Below, piece after piece: positions 34,979 through 37,010 of a DNA stretch of 37,010 nucleotides. Every line of letters starts with the position of its first letter. The first letter of the stretch is position 1. Source of the stretch: a virus (lineage: Duplodnaviria; Heunggongvirae; Uroviricota; Caudoviricetes); the IMG/VR virus record IMGVR_UViG_2778261177_000006; one strand, given 5' to 3'. The notes under the pieces were generated by a model, which was not told the origin of the DNA, did no database searches, and worked only from the letters and a program-made list of their open reading frames with translations. Both the position numbers and the translations under genes were made by a program.

Positions 34979-35500
34979 TTAGTTGCCTCTGTTGTTTCTG
35001 AGTTGCTCCAGTTTTGAGCTTCTGCCTGTATAAATTCGCTTACCGTTAATGGTCTGGCAGTCTTCTTTATTAGCTGGAGAGAACTTCCTTTTCTGGCGGT
35101 CATACGTCCAGTAACTTTTCCAGTTGTGCCATTCTGGGGGCTCGTACTCTGGTAGCTCATCAGCCAACTTGTCCCACTCTTTGGCGTTAAACCACCATAC
35201 TCCGTCTGAGTTTTCATCTTCCGGGTTTGTGCGCGTTTTGTGTCCCGGCATTTGACCGCGATGAATGGCTACGCGCAGTGCAGATTTTGTTAGCCCAATA
35301 TATGCCGCGCCTTTTTCCAGAGAGCAAAGCCCGGCGATCGGACCATCCAGCCGTAAAGTCGCTCCTTTTTTGTAGGAACGCTTTTTCTTGTTTTCTTCGT
35401 GTTCGTCGTCGTTGGCGGCATCAGCGGGTTCGCCAATACCACCACTTTCCTGGAGTTGTTGAGTGTCAGATAACTCTTTATCGGCAATGATGTCCCGCAT
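34979..35500 (-). CDS. First early-operon gene, putative HTH DNA-binding regulator (Cox/Apl position), 173 aa
   Basis: Divergent from the C repressor gene; helix-turn-helix-like segment (AAYIGLTKSALRVAIHRGQMPG); much longer than P2 Cox, so function assigned by position only. Confidence 0.45.
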   Translation of the reverse strand: MRDIIADKELSDTQQLQESGGIGEPADAANDDEHEENKKKRSYKKGATLRLDGPIAGLCSLEKGAAYIGLTKSALRVAIHRGQMPGHKTRTNPEDENSDGVWWFNAKEWDKLADELPEYEPPEWHNWKSYWTYDRQKRKFSPANKEDCQTINGKRIYTGRSSKLEQLRNNRGN

Positions 35501-35600
35501 TTGTTATCCTCTTGCGTTGGTGCGCTTGTCGCGCCTTGTGATTGATTGTTTTGGTTTGTCTAATGTCGAGATTACGACACTTTAAGAGGATTTTAGTGGT
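35501..35600. promoter_or_regulatory. Immunity switch region between the divergent early operon and the C repressor gene
   Basis: 100-bp intergenic stretch between divergent starts; contains short direct repeats (cttgcg / cttgtcgcg / ccttgtg, gattgattgtt) but operators were not defined. Confidence 0.5.
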
Positions 35601-35948
35601 ATGAATTCGACACTGTCAACGTGTATCGGCGAAAAAATTTTATTGATTCGAAAAAGTGAAGGGCTGACAAGAAAGCAATTCTTTGAACTTACAGGGATTC
35701 CGGTTAATACCCAAAGATACTACGAAACCGGAAGACAGGAAGGGATAGGGAGTGAAATTTTGTTAAAGATTACAAAGAATTCACGACTCAAAAAATATGC
35801 GCTTTGGTTAACGACAGATGAAACATTTGAAGCCGGAGGGCAAATCGCCCCGGCTCTCTCTCTTGATGGCTCTATTCAGTCGGAGGACGATCAGGTTTCA
35901 ATCGGCATTACCCAAAAATCACCCCGATCAGGCCGCAATGTTGGCTGA
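35601..35948 (+). CDS. C: P2 C-type immunity repressor (115 aa)
   Basis: EKILLIRKSEGLTRKQFFELTGIPVNTQRYYETGRQ and KYALWLTTDETFEAGGQIAPAL match the P2 C pattern (EKIVLMRKSE...LTGVP...YYESGR; KYTLWFMT...GQIAPAL); directly upstream of the integrase. Confidence 0.8.
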   Translation: MNSTLSTCIGEKILLIRKSEGLTRKQFFELTGIPVNTQRYYETGRQEGIGSEILLKITKNSRLKKYALWLTTDETFEAGGQIAPALSLDGSIQSEDDQVSIGITQKSPRSGRNVG

Positions 35949-36017
35949 CTTTACACATTGAGCGAATTACATATCGCAAGGAGTGTTTAGTTAATTTATC
36001 CGTTGGAGGGGCTAATC

Positions 36018-37010
36018 ATGTCGATTAAGCAACTCAAAGACGGACGTTATCAGGTCGATATCAGACCGCAGGGGGCGGAAGGAAAGCGGATTCGAAAAAT
36101 CTTTGCCCTGAAATCAAAGGCTCAGGAGTTTGAGAAGTATGTGTTACAGAACTTTCATGACAAGCCATGGCAGGCTAAGCCAGCTGATCAGCGGCGATTA
36201 TCAGAGCTGCTTGATGCGTGGTGGATGCTTGATGGGCGTAATCAGGCTTACGGGGATAGCTACAGGGTTAGGCTAGGGAAGGTTGTTCGTGAAATGGGAG
36301 ATCCTCGCGCCAGTCAGATGACGCGAAAATTTATGCTTGAATATCGGTCAGAGAAATTACAGGCCGGCTTAATGCCGTCCAGTATTAATCGTGACTTATG
36401 CGTACTGTCTACCATGTTCACGGTGCTGATTGAAGCTGAGGTCTTTCACAACGCGAACCCTGTACGCGGTATACGAAAACTGAAAGTTCAGAACACAGAG
36501 ATGGCCTTTCTTTCTGATGATGAGATTGAACGGCTTCTTGAGCGACTGGAGGGTGATGCGCGTCGTGTTGCCATTCTGTGTCTTTCTACTGGTGCCCGAT
36601 GGAGTGAAGCATCGGAACTACGTGGAGAGCATATCGTTGGCAACCGGGTGACGTTCTTTAACACCAAAAACGGAAAATCCCGTTCGGTTCCTGTGGCGGA
36701 TTCGGTCGTGCCTCTGATTAAAACCCGTCGAACGGGGTTATTGTATCAGGTTGATTATCTGAAGTTCCGGGAGATTCTTCAGGAGGTGAAACCGGATTTG
36801 CCGAAGGGGCAGGCTACGCATGTCATGCGTCATACATTTGCCACACACTTTATGATGAATGGCGGAAATATTGTTACGTTGCAACGAATCCTGGGGCACG
36901 CAACGATTCAGCAAACAATGACGTACGCTCATTTTTCGCCGGACTTCTTACAGGACGCGATCAACTTTAATCCGCTGGCTGAAAGTGTCCATAAACTGTC
37001 CATCGATTAG
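36018..37010 (+). CDS. int: Tyrosine integrase, P2 Int family (about 330 aa, start at MSIKQLKDGRY)
   Basis: N-terminal MSIKQLKDGRYQVDIRP as in P2 Int; C-terminal catalytic box HVMRHTFATHF...LGHATIQQTMTYAHF (His-x-x-Arg ... Tyr); GGAGGGG RBS; stop is the last codon of the window. Confidence 0.9.
   Translation: MSIKQLKDGRYQVDIRPQGAEGKRIRKIFALKSKAQEFEKYVLQNFHDKPWQAKPADQRRLSELLDAWWMLDGRNQAYGDSYRVRLGKVVREMGDPRASQMTRKFMLEYRSEKLQAGLMPSSINRDLCVLSTMFTVLIEAEVFHNANPVRGIRKLKVQNTEMAFLSDDEIERLLERLEGDARRVAILCLSTGARWSEASELRGEHIVGNRVTFFNTKNGKSRSVPVADSVVPLIKTRRTGLLYQVDYLKFREILQEVKPDLPKGQATHVMRHTFATHFMMNGGNIVTLQRILGHATIQQTMTYAHFSPDFLQDAINFNPLAESVHKLSID

Overview
Almost the whole window is a P2-like (Peduovirus-type) temperate myophage integrated directly downstream of a complete host serS gene (1-1293). 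Left to right: serS and its terminators; a hok/mok-like type I toxin locus (1596-1866); the ogr-like zinc-finger late activator and tail gene D on the minus strand; a tail sheath/tube/E-E'/tape-measure/U block on the plus strand (3496-9071), inverted relative to canonical P2 order; tail fibre, baseplate, tail completion, lysis, head completion, small terminase, capsid and scaffold genes on the minus strand (9326-20855); large terminase and portal on the plus strand (21010-23807); a cargo region (23822-26997) with an orphan gene, a structured non-coding stretch and a parMR-like actin-type partition operon; replication initiator A (27004-29826); an early operon of small genes interrupted by a terminator-insulated SPFH/band-7 lipoprotein plus membrane-protein pair and AT-rich inserts; and the immunity region with a P2 C-type repressor and a tyrosine integrase ending at the window edge. 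No rRNA, tRNA or CRISPR array was seen. Protein assignments rest on remembered family signatures read from the supplied translations; no database search or numeric GC calculation was run, and GC statements are by eye. Coordinates for CDS follow the ORF track (stop codon included), with starts adjusted to the most plausible initiation codon; hairpin and repeat coordinates are approximate to a few nucleotides. The most interesting candidates for undescribed biology are the accessory modules: the parMR-like operon with two unknown co-transcribed genes, the SPFH lipoprotein pair, the orphan gene next to the portal, and the AT-rich convergent gene pair near the immunity region.
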